Positions 1 to 15,000 of a DNA stretch of 64,000 nucleotides are shown here, in pieces. Source of the DNA: Eledone cirrhosa. Taxonomy: Eukaryota. The notes below the pieces were generated by a model. It saw only the letters and a list, made by a program, of their open reading frames with translations, was not told the origin of the DNA and made no database searches. The position numbers were made by a program, and so were the translations under genes. Each line of letters begins with the position of its first letter. Within the stretch, counting starts at the first letter, position 1. Location: positions 436,046,001 through 436,110,000 of the forward strand of contig OZ024740.1 in NCBI GenBank assembly GCA_964016885.1, in the 5' to 3' direction.

Positions 1-3000
1 GCCAGTATATAAACCTCTCTTATCACTACCTAGCAACCTCAGCCAGTATATAAACCTCCCTTGTCACTACCTAGCAACCTTAGCCAGTATATAAACCTCT
101 CTTATCACTACCTAGCAACCCTAGCCAGTATATAAACCTCCCTTATCACTACCTAGCAACCTTAGCCAGTATATAAACCTCCCTTATCACTACCTAGCAA
201 CCCTAGCCAGTATATAAACCTCCCTTATTACTACCTAGCAACCTCAGCCAGTATATAAACCTCCCTTATCCCTACCTAGCAACCCTAGCCAGTATATAAA
301 CCTCCCTTATTACTACCTAGCAACCCTAGCCAGTATATAAACCTCCCTTATCACTACCTAGCAACCCTAGCCAGTATATAAACCTCCCTTATCACTACCT
401 AGCAACCCTAGCCAGTATATAAACCTCCCTTATCACTACCTAGCAACCCTACCCAGTATATAAACCTCCCTTATCACTACCTAGCAACCCTAGCCAGTAT
501 ATAAACCTCCCTTATCACTACCTAGCAACCCTAGCCAATATATAAACCTCCCTTATCACTACCTAGCAACCCTAGCCAGTATATAAACCTCCCTTATCAC
601 TACCTAGCAACCCTAGCCAGTATATAAACCTCCCTTATCACTACCTAGCAACCCTAGCCAGTATATAAACATTCACTTATTACTACCTAGCAACCTTAGC
701 CAGTATATAAACCTCCCTTATTACTACCTAGCAACCTTAGCCAGTATATAAACCTCCCTTATCACTACCTAGCAACCTTAGCCAGTATATAAACCTCCCT
801 TATTACTACCTAGCAACCTTAGCCAGTATATAAACCTCCCTTATCACTACCTAGCAACCCTAGCCAGTATATAAACCTCCCTTATTACTACCTAGCAACC
901 TCAGCCAGTATATAAACCTCCCTTATCCCTACCTAGCAACCCTAGCCAGTATATAAACCTCCCTTATTACTACCTAGCAACCCTAGCCAGTATATAAACC
1001 TCCCTTATCACTACCTAGCAACCCTAGCCAGTATATAAACCTCCCTTATCACTACCTAGCAACCTCAGCCAGTATATAAACCTCCCTTATCACTACCTAG
1101 CAACCTTAGCCAGTATATAAACCTCCCTTATCCCTACCTAGCAACCCTAGCCAGTATATAAACCTCCCTTATTACTACCTAGCAACCCTAGCCAGTATAT
1201 AAACCTCCCTTATCACTACCTAGCAACCCTAGCCAGTATATAAACCTCCCTTATCACTACCTAGCAACCTTAGCCAGTATATAAACCTCCCTTATTACTA
1301 CCTAGCAACCCTAGCCAGTATATAAACATTCCCTTATTACTACCTAGCAACCTTAGCCAGTATATAAACCTCCCTTATTACTACCTAGCAACCTTAGCCA
1401 GTATATAAACCTCCCTTATCACTACCTAGCAACCTTAGCCAGTATATAAACCTCCCTTATCACTACCTAGCAACCCTAGCCAGTATATAAACCTCCCTTA
1501 TCACTACCTAGCAACCCTAGCCAGTATATAAACCTCCCTTATCACTACCTAGCAACCCTAGCCAGTATATAAACCTCCCTTATCACTACCTAGCAACCCT
1601 AGCCAGTATATAAACCTCCCTTATCACCACCTAGTAACCCTAGCCAGTATATAAACCTCCCTTATCACTACCTAGCAACCTTAGCCAGTATATAAACCTC
1701 TCTTATCACTACCTAGCAACCTTAGCCAGTATATAAACCTCCCTTATCACTACCTAGCAACCTTAGCCAGTATATAAGCCTCCCTTATTACTACCTAGCA
1801 ACCTTAGCCAGTATATAAACCTCCCTTATCACTACCTAGCAACCTCAGCCAGTATATAAACCTCCCTTATCCCTACCTAGCAACCCTAGCCAGTATATAA
1901 ACCTCCCTTATTAATACCTAGCAACCCTAGCCAGTATATAAACCTCCCTTATCACTACCTAGCAACCCTAGCCAGTATATAAACCTCCCTTATCACTACC
2001 TAGCAACCCTAGCCAGTATATAAACCTCCCTTATCACTACCTAGCAACCCTAGCCAGTATATAAACCTCCCTTATCACTACCTAGCAACCCTAGCCAGTA
2101 TATAAACCTCCCTTATTACTACCTAGCAACCTTAGCCAGTATATAAACCTCCCTTATTACTACCTAGCAACCTTAGCCAGTATATAAACCTCCCTTATCA
2201 CTACTAGCAACCTTAGCCAGTATATAAACCTCCCTTATCACTACCTAGCAACCCTAGCCAGTATATAAACCTCCCTTATCACTACCTAGCAACCCTAGTC
2301 AGTATATAAACCTCCCTTATTACTACCTAGCAACCTTAGCCAGTATATAAGCCTCCCTTATTACTACCTAGCAACCTTAGCCAGTATATAAACCTCCCTT
2401 ATCACTACCTAGCAACCTCAGCCAGTATATAAACCTCCCTTATCCCTACCTAGCAACCCTAGCCAGTATATAAACCTCCCTTATTACTACCTAGCAACCC
2501 TAGCCAGTATATAAACCTCTCTTATCACTACCTAGCAACCCTAGCCAGTATATAAACATTCCCTTATTACTACCTAGCAACCTTAGCCAGTATATAAACC
2601 TCCCTTATTACTACCTAGCAACCTTAGCCAGTATATAAACCTCCCTTATCACTACTAGCAACCTTAGCCAGTATATAAACCTCCCTTATCACTACCTAGC
2701 AACCCTAGCCAGTATATAAACCTCCCTTATCACTACCTAGCAACCCTAGCCAGTATATAAACCTCCCTTATCACTACCTAGCAACCCTAGCCAGTATATA
2801 AACCTCCCTTATCACTACCTAGCAACCCTAGCCAGTATATAAACCTCCCTTATCACCACCTAGTAACCCAAGCCAGTATATAAACCTCCCTTATCACTAC
2901 CTAGCAACCTTAGCCAGTATATAAACCTCTCTTATCACTACCTAGCAACCTTAGCCAGTATATAAACCTCTCTTATCACTACCTAGCAACATTAGCCAGT

Positions 3001-6000
3001 ATATAAACCTCTCTTATCACTACCTAGCAACCTTAGCCAGTATATAAACCTCCCTTATCACTACCTAGCAACCCTAGCCAGTATATAAACCTCCCTTATC
3101 ACTACCTAGCAACCCTAGCCAGTATATAAACCTCCCTTATCACTACCTAGCAACCCTAGCCAGTATATAAACCTCCCTTATTACCACCTAGCAACCCTAG
3201 CCAGTATATAAACCTCCCTTTTCACCACCTAATAACCCTAGCCAGTATATAAACCTCCCTTATCACTACCTAGCAACCCTAGCCAGTATATAAACCTCCC
3301 TTATCACTACCTAGCAACCTTAGCCAGTATATAAACCTCTCTTATCACTACCTAGCAACCCTAGCCAGTATATAAACCTCCCTTATCACTACCTAGTAAC
3401 CCTAGCCAGTATATAAACCTCCCTTATTACTACCTAGCAACCTCAGCCAGTATATAAACCTCCATTATCCCTACCCAGCAACCCTAGCCAATATATAAAC
3501 CTACCTTATCACTACCTAGTAACCCTAGCCAGTATATAAACCCCCCTTGTCACTACCTAGCAACCCTAGCCAGTATATAAACCTCCCTTATTACTACCTA
3601 GCAACCCTAGCCAGTATATAAACCTCCCTTATAACTACCTAGCAACCTTAGCCAGTATATAAACCTCCCTTATCCCTACCTAGCAACCCTAGCCAGTATA
3701 TAAACCTCCCTTATTACTACCTAGCAACCCTAGCCAGTATATAAACATTCCCTTATTACTACCTAGCAACCTTAGCCAGTATATAAACCTCCCTTATCAC
3801 TACCTAGCAACCTCAGCCAGTATATAAACCTCCCTTATCACTACCTAGCAACCTCAGCCAGTATATAAACCTCCCTTATCACTACCTAGCAACCTTAGCC
3901 AGTATATAAACCTCTCTTATCACTACCTAGCAACCTCAGCCAGTATATAAACCTCCCTTGTCACTACCTAGCAACCTTAGCCAGTATATAAACCTCTCTT
4001 ATCACTACCTAGCAACCCTAGCCAGTATATAAACCTCCCTTATCACTACCTAGCAACCTTAGCCAGTATATAAATCTCCCTTATCACTACCTAGCAACCC
4101 TAGCCAGTATATAAAGCTCCCTTATTACTACCTAGCAACCTCAGCCAGTATATAAACCTCCCTTATCCCTACCTAGCAACCCTAGCCAGTATATAAACCT
4201 CCCTTATTACTACCTAGCAACCCTAGCCAGTATATAAACCTCCCTTATCACTACCTAGCAACCCTAGCCAGTATATAAACCTCCCTTATCACTACCTAGC
4301 AACCCTAGCCAGTATATAAACCTCCCTTATCACTACCTAGCAACCCTACCCAGTATATAAACCTCCCTTATCACTACCTAGCAACCTTAGCCAGTATATA
4401 AACCTCCCTTATCACTACTAGTAACCTTAGCCAGTATATAAACCTCCCTTATCACTACCTAGCAACCCTAGCCAGTATATAAACCTCCTTTATCACTACC
4501 TAGTAACCCTAGCCAGTATATAAACCTCCCTTATCACTACCTAGCAACCCTAGCCAGTATATAAACCTCCCTTATCACTACCTAGCAACCCTAGCCAGTA
4601 TATAAACCTCCCTTATCACTACCTAGCAACCTTAGCCAGTATATAAACCTCCCTTATTACTACCTAGCAACCCTAGCCAGTATATAAACCTCCCTTATCA
4701 CAACCTAGCAACCTTAACCAGTATATAAACCTCTCTTATCACTACCTAGCAACCTTAGCCAGTATATAAACCTCCCTTATCACTACCTAGCAACCCTAGC
4801 CAGTATATAAACCTCCCTTATCACTACCTAGCAACCCTAGCCAGTATATAAACCTCCCTTATCACCACCTAGTAACCCTAGCCAGTATATAAACCTCCCT
4901 TATCACTACCTAGCAACCTTAGCCAGTATATAAACCTATCTTATCACTACCTAGCAACCTTAGCCAGTATATAAACCTCTCTTATCACTACCTAGCAACC
5001 TTAGCCAGTATATAAACCTCTCTTATCACTACCTAGCAACCTTAGCCAGTATATAAACCTCTCTTATCACTACCTAGCAACCCTAGCCAGTATATAAACA
5101 TTCCCTTATCACTACCTAGCAACCTCAGCCAGTATATAAACCTCCCTTATCACTACCTAGCAACCTTAGCCAGTATATAAACCTCCCTTATTACTACCTA
5201 GCAACCTTAGCCAGTATATAAACCTCCCTTATCACTACCTAGCAACCTCAGCCAGTATATAAACCTCCCTTATCCCTACCTAGCAACCCTAGCCAGTATA
5301 TAAACCTCCCTTATCACTACCTAGTAACCCTAGCCAGTATATAAACCTCCCTTATTACTACCTAGCAACCTCAGCCAGTATATAAACCTCCCTTATCCCT
5401 ACCTAGCAACCCTAGCCAATATATAAACCTACCTTATCACTACCTAGTAACCCTAGCCAGTATATAAACCCCCCTTGTCACTACCTAGCAACCCTAGCCA
5501 GTATATAAACCTCCCTTATTACTACCTAGCAACCCTAGCCAGTATATAAACCTCCCTTATAACTACCTAGCAACCTTAGCCAGTATATAAACCTCCCTTA
5601 TCCCTACCTAGCAACCCTAGCCAGTATATAAACCTCCCTTATTACTACCTAGCAACCCTAGCCAGTATATAAACATTCCCTTATTACTACCTAGCAACCT
5701 TAGCCAGTATATAAACCTCCCTTATCACTACCTAGCAACCTCAGCCAGTATATAAACCTCCCTTATCACTACCTAGCAACCTCAGCCAGTATATAAACCT
5801 CCCTTATCACTACCTAGCAACCTTAGCCAGTATATAAACCTCTCTTATCACTACCTAGCAACCTCAGCCAGTATATAAACCTCCCTTGTCACTACCTAGC
5901 AACCTTAGCCAGTATATAAACCTCTCTTATCACTACCTAGCAACCCTAGCCAGTATATAAACCTCCCTTATCACTACCTAGCAACCTTAGCCAGTATATA

Positions 6001-9000
6001 AACCTCCCTTATCACTACCTAGCAACCCTAGCCAGTATATAAACCTCCCTTATTACTACCTAGCAACCTCAGCCAGTATATAAACCTCCCTTATCCCTAC
6101 CTAGCAACCCTAGCCAGTATATAAACCTCCCTTATTACTACCTAGCAACCCTAGCCAGTATATAAACCTCCCTTATCACTACCTAGCAACCCTAGCCAGT
6201 ATATAAACCTCCCTTATCACTACCTAGCAACCCTAGCCAGTATATAAACCTCCCTTATCACTACCTAGCAACCCTACCCAGTATATAAACCTCCCTTATC
6301 ACTACCTAGCAACCCTAGCCAGTATATAAACCTCCCTTATCACTACCTAGCAACCCTAGCCAATATATAAACCTCCCTTATCACTACCTAGCAACCCTAG
6401 CCAGTATATAAACCTCCCTTATCACTACCTAGCAACCCTAGCCAGTATATAAACCTCCCTTATCACTACCTAGCAACCCTAGCCAGTATATAAACATTCA
6501 CTTATTACTACCTAGCAACCTTAGCCAGTATATAAACCTCCCTTATTACTACCTAGCAACCTTAGCCAGTATATAAACCTCCCTTATCACTACCTAGCAA
6601 CCTTAGCCAGTATATAAACCTCCCTTATTACTACCTAGCAACCTTAGCCAGTATATAAACCTCCCTTATCACTACCTAGCAACCCTAGCCAGTATATAAA
6701 CCTCCCTTATTACTACCTAGCAACCTCAGCCAGTATATAAACCTCCCTTATCCCTACCTAGCAACCCTAGCCAGTATATAAACCTCCCTTATTACTACCT
6801 AGCAACCCTAGCCAGTATATAAACCTCCCTTATCACTACCTAGCAACCCTAGCCAGTATATAAACCTCCCTTATCACTACCTAGCAACCTCAGCCAGTAT
6901 ATAAACCTCCCTTATCACTACCTAGCAACCTTAGCCAGTATATAAACCTCCCTTATCCCTACCTAGCAACCCTAGCCAGTATATAAACCTCCCTTATTAC
7001 TACCTAGCAACCCTAGCCAGTATATAAACCTCCCTTATCACTACCTAGCAACCCTAGCCAGTATATAAACCTCCCTTATCACTACCTAGCAACCTTAGCC
7101 AGTATATAAACCTCCCTTATTACTACCTAGCAACCCTAGCCAGTATATAAACATTCCCTTATTACTACCTAGCAACCTTAGCCAGTATATAAACCTCCCT
7201 TATTACTACCTAGCAACCTTAGCCAGTATATAAAGCTCCCTTATCACTACCTAGCAACCTTAGCCAGTATATAAACCTCCCTTATCACTACCTAGCAACC
7301 CTAGCCAGTATATAAACCTCCCTTATCACTACCTAGCAACCCTAGCCAGTATATAAACCTCCCTTATCACTACCTAGCAACCCTAGCCAGTATATAAACC
7401 TCCCTTATCACTACCTAGCAACCCTAGCCAGTATATAAACCTCCCTTATCACCACCTAGTAACCCTAGCCAGTATATAAACCTCCCTTATCACTACCTAG
7501 CAACCTTAGCCAGTATATAAACCTCTCTTATCACTACCTAGCAACCTTAGCCAGTATATAAACCTCCCTTATCACTACCTAGCAACCTTAGCCAGTATAT
7601 AAGCCTCCCTTATTACTACCTAGCAACCTTAGCCAGTATATAAACCTCCCTTATCACTACCTAGCAACCTCAGCCAGTATATAAACCTCCCTTATCCCTA
7701 CCTAGCAACCCTAGCCAGTATATAAACCTCCCTTATTAATACCTAGCAACCCTAGCCAGTATATAAACCTCCCTTATCACTACCTAGCAACCCTAGCCAG
7801 TATATAAACCTCCCTTATCACTACCTAGCAACCCTAGCCAGTATATAAACCTCCCTTATCACTACCTAGCAACCCTAGCCAGTATATAAACCTCCCTTAT
7901 CACTACCTAGCAACCCTAGCCAGTATATAAACCTCCCTTATTACTACCTAGCAACCTTAGCCAGTATATAAACCTCCCTTATTACTACCTAGCAACCTTA
8001 GCCAGTATATAAACCTCCCTTATCACTACTAGCAACCTTAGCCAGTATATAAACCTCCCTTATCACTACCTAGCAACCCTAGCCAGTATATAAACCTCCC
8101 TTATCACTACCTAGCAACCCTAGCCAGTATATAAACCTCCCTTATTACTACCTAGCAACCTTAGCCAGTATATAAGCCTCCCTTATTACTACCTAGCAAC
8201 CTTAGCCAGTATATAAACCTCCCTTATCACTACCTAGCAACCTCAGCCAGTATATAAACCTCCCTTATCCCTACCTAGCAACCCTAGCCAGTATATAAAC
8301 CTCCCTTATTACTACCTAGCAACCCTAGCCAGTATATAAACCTCTCTTATCACTACCTAGCAACCCTAGCCAGTATATAAACATTCCCTTATTACTACCT
8401 AGCAACCTTAGCCAGTATATAAACCTCCCTTATTACTACCTAGCAACCCTAGCCAGTATATAAACCTCCCTTATTACTACCTAGCAACCTTAGCCAGTAT
8501 ATAAACCTCCCTTATTACTACCTAGCAACCCTAGCCAGTATATAAACCTCCCTTATTACTACCTAGCAACCTTAGCCAGTATATAAACCTCCCTTATTAC
8601 TACCTAGCAACCCTAGCCAGTATATAAACCTCTCTTATCACTACCTAGCAACCCTAGCCAGTATATAAACCTCCCTTATTACTACCTAGCAACCTTAGCC
8701 AGTATATAAACCTCCCTTATCACTACTAGCAACCTTAGCCAGTATATAAACCTCCCTTATCACTACCTAGCAACCCTAGCCAGTATATAAACCTCCCTTA
8801 TCACTACCTAGCAACCCTAGCCAGTATATAAACCTCCCTTATCACTACCTAGCAACCCTAGCCAGTATATAAACCTCCCTTATCACTACCTAGCAACCCT
8901 AGCCAGTATATAAACCTCCCTTATCACCACCTAGTAACCCAAGCCAGTATATAAACCTCCCTTATCACTACCTAGCAACCTTAGCCAGTATATAAACCTC

Positions 9001-12000
9001 TCTTATCACTACCTAGCAACCTTAGCCAGTATATAAACCTCTCTTATCACCACCTAGTAACCCAAGCCAGTATATAAACCTCCCTTATCACTACCTAGCA
9101 ACCTTAGCCAGTATATAAACCTCTCTTATCACTACCTAGCAACCTTAGCCAGTATATAAACCTCTCTTATCACTACCTAGCAACATTAGCCAGTATATAA
9201 ACCTCTCTTATCACTACCTAGCAACCTTAGCCAGTATATAAACCTCCCTTATCACTACCTAGCAACCCTAGCCAGTATATAAACCTCCCTTATCACTACC
9301 TAGCAACCCTAGCCAGTATATAAACCTCCCTTATCACTACCTAGCAACCCTAGCCAGTATATAAACCTCCCTTATTACCACCTAGCAACCCTAGCCAGTA
9401 TATAAACCTCCCTTTTCACCACCTAATAACCCTAGCCAGTATATAAACCTCCCTTATCACTACCTAGCAACCCTAGCCAGTATATAAACCTCCCTTATCA
9501 CTACCTAGCAACCTTAGCCAGTATATAAACCTCTCTTATCACTACCTAGCAACCCTAGCCAGTATATAAACCTCCCTTATCACTACCTAGTAACCCTAGC
9601 CAGTATATAAACCTCCCTTATTACTACCTAGCAACCTCAGCCAGTATATAAACCTCCCTTATCCCTACCCAGCAACCCTAGCCAATATATAAACCTACCT
9701 TATCACTACCTAGTAACCCTAGCCAGTATATAAACCCCCCTTGTCACTACCTAGCAACCCTAGCCAGTATATAAACCTCCCTTATTACTACCTAGCAACC
9801 CTAGCCAGTATATAAACCTCCCTTATAACTACCTAGCAACCTTAGCCAGTATATAAACCTCCCTTATCCCTACCTAGCAACCCTAGCCAGTATATAAACC
9901 TCCCTTATTACTACCTAGCAACCCTAGCCAGTATATAAACCTCCCTTATCACTACCTAGCAACCTTAGCCAGTATATAAATCTCCCTTATCACTACCTAG
10001 CAACCCTAGCCAGTATATAAAGCTCCCTTATTACTACCTAGCAACCTCAGCCAGTATATAAACCTCCCTTATCCCTACCTAGCAACCCTAGCCAGTATAT
10101 AAACCTCCCTTATTACTACCTAGCAACCCTAGCCAGTATATAAACCTCCCTTATCACTACCTAGCAACCCTAGCCAGTATATAAACCTCCCTTATCACTA
10201 CCTAGCAACCCTAGCCAGTATATAAACCTCCCTTATCACTACCTAGCAACCCTACCCAGTATATAAACCTCCCTTATCACTACCTAGCAACCTTAGCCAG
10301 TATATAAACCTCCCTTATCACTACTAGTAACCTTAGCCAGTATATAAACCTCCCTTATCACTACCTAGCAACCCTAGCCAGTATATAAACCTCCTTTATC
10401 ACTACCTAGTAACCCTAGCCAGTATATAAACCTCCCTTATCACTACCTAGCAACCCTAGCCAGTATATAAACCTCCCTTATCACTACCTAGCAACCCTAG
10501 CCAGTATATAAACCTCCCTTATCACTACCTAGCAACCTTAGCCAGTATATAAACCTCCCTTATTACTACCTAGCAACCCTAGCCAGTATATAAACCTCCC
10601 TTATCACAACCTAGCAACCTTAACCAGTATATAAACCTCTCTTATCACTACCTAGCAACCTTAGCCAGTATATAAACCTCCCTTATCACTACCTAGCAAC
10701 CCTAGCCAGTATATAAACCTCCCTTATCACTACCTAGCAACCCTAGCCAGTATATAAACCTCCCTTATCACCACCTAGTAACCCTAGCCAGTATATAAAC
10801 CTCCCTTATCACTACCTAGCAACCTTAGCCAGTATATAAACCTCTCTTATCACTACCTAGCAACCTTAGCCAGTATATAAACCTCTCTTATCACTACCTA
10901 GCAACCTTAGCCAGTATATAAACCTCTCTTATCACTACCTAGCAACCTTAGCCAGTATATAAACCTCCCTTATCACCACCTAGTAACCCTAGCCAGTATA
11001 TAAACCTCCCTTATCACTACCTAGCAACCTTAGCCAGTATATAAACCTCTCTTATCACTACCTAGCAACCTTAGCCAGTATATAAACCTCTCTTATCACT
11101 ACCTAGCAACCTTAGCCAGTATATAAACCTCTCTTATCACTACCTAGCAACCTTAGCCAGTATATAAATCTCTCTTATCACTACCTAGCAACCCTAGCCA
11201 GTATATAAACATTCCCTTATCACTACCTAGCAACCTCAGCCAGTATATAAACCTCCCTTATCACTACCTAGCAACCTTAGCCAGTATATAAACCTCCCTT
11301 ATTACTACCTAGCAACCTTAGCCAGTATATAAACCTCCCTTATCACTACCTAGCAACCTCAGCCAGTATATAAACCTCCCTTATCCCTACCTAGCAACCC
11401 TAGCCAGTATATAAACCTCCCTTATCACTACCTAGCAACCCTAGCCAGTATATAAACCTCCCTTATCACTACCTAGCAACCCTAGCCAGTATATAAACCT
11501 CCCTTATCACTACCTAGCAACCCTAGCCAGTATATAAACCTCCCTTATCACCACCTAGTAACCCAAGCCAGTATATAAACCTCCCTTATCACTACCTAGC
11601 AACCTTAGCCAGTATATAAACCTCTCTTATCACTACCTAGCAACCTTAGCCAGTATATAAACCTCTCTTATCACCACCTAGTAACCCAAGCCAGTATATA
11701 AACCTCCCTTATCACTACCTAGCAACCTTAGCCAGTATATAAACCTCTCTTATCACTACCTAGCAACCTTAGCCAGTATATAAACCTCTCTTATCACTAC
11801 CTAGCAACATTAGCCAGTATATAAACCTCTCTTATCACTACCTAGCAACCTTAGCCAGTATATAAACCTCCCTTATCACTACCTAGCAACCCTAGCCAGT
11901 ATATAAACCTCCCTTATCACTACCTAGCAACCCTAGCCAGTATATAAACCTCCCTTATCACTACCTAGCAACCCTAGCCAGTATATAAACCTCCCTTATT

Positions 12001-15000
12001 ACCACCTAGCAACCCTAGCCAGTATATAAACCTCCCTTTTCACCACCTAATAACCCTAGCCAGTATATAAACCTCCCTTATCACTACCTAGCAACCCTAG
12101 CCAGTATATAAACCTCCCTTATCACTACCTAGCAACCTTAGCCAGTATATAAACCTCTCTTATCACTACCTAGCAACCCTAGCCAGTATATAAACCTCCC
12201 TTATCACTACCTAGTAACCCTAGCCAGTATATAAACCTCCCTTATTACTACCTAGCAACCTCAGCCAGTATATAAACCTCCCTTATCCCTACCCAGCAAC
12301 CCTAGCCAATATATAAACCTACCTTATCACTACCTAGTAACCCTAGCCAGTATATAAACCCCCCTTGTCACTACCTAGCAACCCTAGCCAGTATATAAAC
12401 CTCCCTTATTACTACCTAGCAACCCTAGCCAGTATATAAACCTCCCTTATAACTACCTAGCAACCTTAGCCAGTATATAAACCTCCCTTATCCCTACCTA
12501 GCAACCCTAGCCAGTATATAAACCTCCCTTATTACTACCTAGCAACCCTAGCCAGTATATAAACCTCCCTTATCACTACCTAGCAACCTTAGCCAGTATA
12601 TAAATCTCCCTTATCACTACCTAGCAACCCTAGCCAGTATATAAAGCTCCCTTATTACTACCTAGCAACCTCAGCCAGTATATAAACCTCCCTTATCCCT
12701 ACCTAGCAACCCTAGCCAGTATATAAACCTCCCTTATTACTACCTAGCAACCCTAGCCAGTATATAAACCTCCCTTATCACTACCTAGCAACCCTAGCCA
12801 GTATATAAACCTCCCTTATCACTACCTAGCAACCCTAGCCAGTATATAAACCTCCCTTATCACTACCTAGCAACCCTACCCAGTATATAAACCTCCCTTA
12901 TCACTACCTAGCAACCTTAGCCAGTATATAAACCTCCCTTATCACTACTAGTAACCTTAGCCAGTATATAAACCTCCCTTATCACTACCTAGCAACCCTA
13001 GCCAGTATATAAACCTCCTTTATCACTACCTAGTAACCCTAGCCAGTATATAAACCTCCCTTATCACTACCTAGCAACCCTAGCCAGTATATAAACCTCC
13101 CTTATCACTACCTAGCAACCCTAGCCAGTATATAAACCTCCCTTATCACTACCTAGCAACCTTAGCCAGTATATAAACCTCCCTTATTACTACCTAGCAA
13201 CCCTAGCCAGTATATAAACCTCCCTTATCACAACCTAGCAACCTTAACCAGTATATAAACCTCTCTTATCACTACCTAGCAACCTTAGCCAGTATATAAA
13301 CCTCCCTTATCACTACCTAGCAACCCTAGCCAGTATATAAACCTCCCTTATCACTACCTAGCAACCCTAGCCAGTATATAAACCTCCCTTATCACCACCT
13401 AGTAACCCTAGCCAGTATATAAACCTCCCTTATCACTACCTAGCAACCTTAGCCAGTATATAAACCTCTCTTATCACTACCTAGCAACCTTAGCCAGTAT
13501 ATAAACCTCTCTTATCACTACCTAGCAACCTTAGCCAGTATATAAACCTCTCTTATCACTACCTAGCAACCTTAGCCAGTATATAAACCTCTCTTATCAC
13601 TACCTAGCAACCCTAGCCAGTATATAAACATTCCCTTATCACTACCTAGCAACCTCAGCCAGTATATAAACCTCCCTTATCACTACCTAGCAACCTTAGC
13701 CAGTATATAAACCTCCCTTATTACTACCTAGCAACCTTAGCCAGTATATAAACCTCCCTTATCACTACCTAGCAACCTCAGCCAGTATATAAACCTCCCT
13801 TATCCCTACCTAGCAACCCTAGCCAGTATATAAACCTCCCTTATTACTACCTAGAAACCCTAGCCAGTATATAAACCTCCCTTATTACTACCTAGCAACC
13901 CTAGCCAGTATATAAACCTCCCTTATCACTACCTAGCAACCCTAGCCAGTATATAAACCTCCCTTATTACCACCTAGCAACCCTAGCCAGTATATAAACC
14001 TCCCTTTTCACCACCTAATAACCCTAGCCAGTATATAAACCTCCCTTATCACTACCTAGCAACCTTAGCCAGTATATAAACCTCTCTTATCACTACCTAG
14101 CAACCCTAGCCAGTATATAAACCTCCCTTATCACTACCTAGTAACCCTAGCCAGTATATAAACCTCCCTTATTACTACCTAGCAACCTCAGCCAGTATAT
14201 AAACCTCCCTTATCCCTACCCAGCAACCCTAGCCAATATATAAACCTACCTTATCACTACCTAGTAACCCTAGCCAGTATATAAACCCCCCTTGTCACTA
14301 CCTAGCAACCCTAGCCAGTATATAAACCTCCCTTATTACTACCTAGCAACCCTAGCCAGTATATAAACCTCCCTTATAACTACCTAGCAACCTTAGCCAG
14401 TATATAAACCTCCCTTATCCCTACCTAGCAACCCTAGCCAGTATATAAACCTCCCTTATTACTACCTAGCAACCCTAGCCAGTATATAAACATTCCCTTA
14501 TTACTACCTAGCAACCTTAGCCAGTATATAAACCTCCCTTATCACTACCTAGCAACCTCAGCCAGTATATAAACCTCCCTTATCACTACCTAGCAACCTC
14601 AGCCAGTATATAAACCTCCCTTATCACTACCTAGCAACCTTAGCCAGTATATAAACCTCTCTTATCACTACCTAGCAACCTCAGCCAGTATATAAACCTC
14701 CCTTGTCACTACCTAGCAACCTTAGCCAGTATATAAACCTCTCTTATCACTACCTAGCAACCCTAGCCAGTATATAAACCTCCCTTATCACTACCTAGCA
14801 ACCTTAGCCAGTATATAAATCTCCCTTATCACTACCTAGCAACCCTAGCCAGTATATAAAGCTCCCTTATTACTACCTAGCAACCTCAGCCAGTATATAA
14901 ACCTCCCTTATCCCTACCTAGCAACCCTAGCCAGTATATAAACCTCCCTTATTACTACCTAGCAACCCTAGCCAGTATATAAACCTCCCTTATCACTACC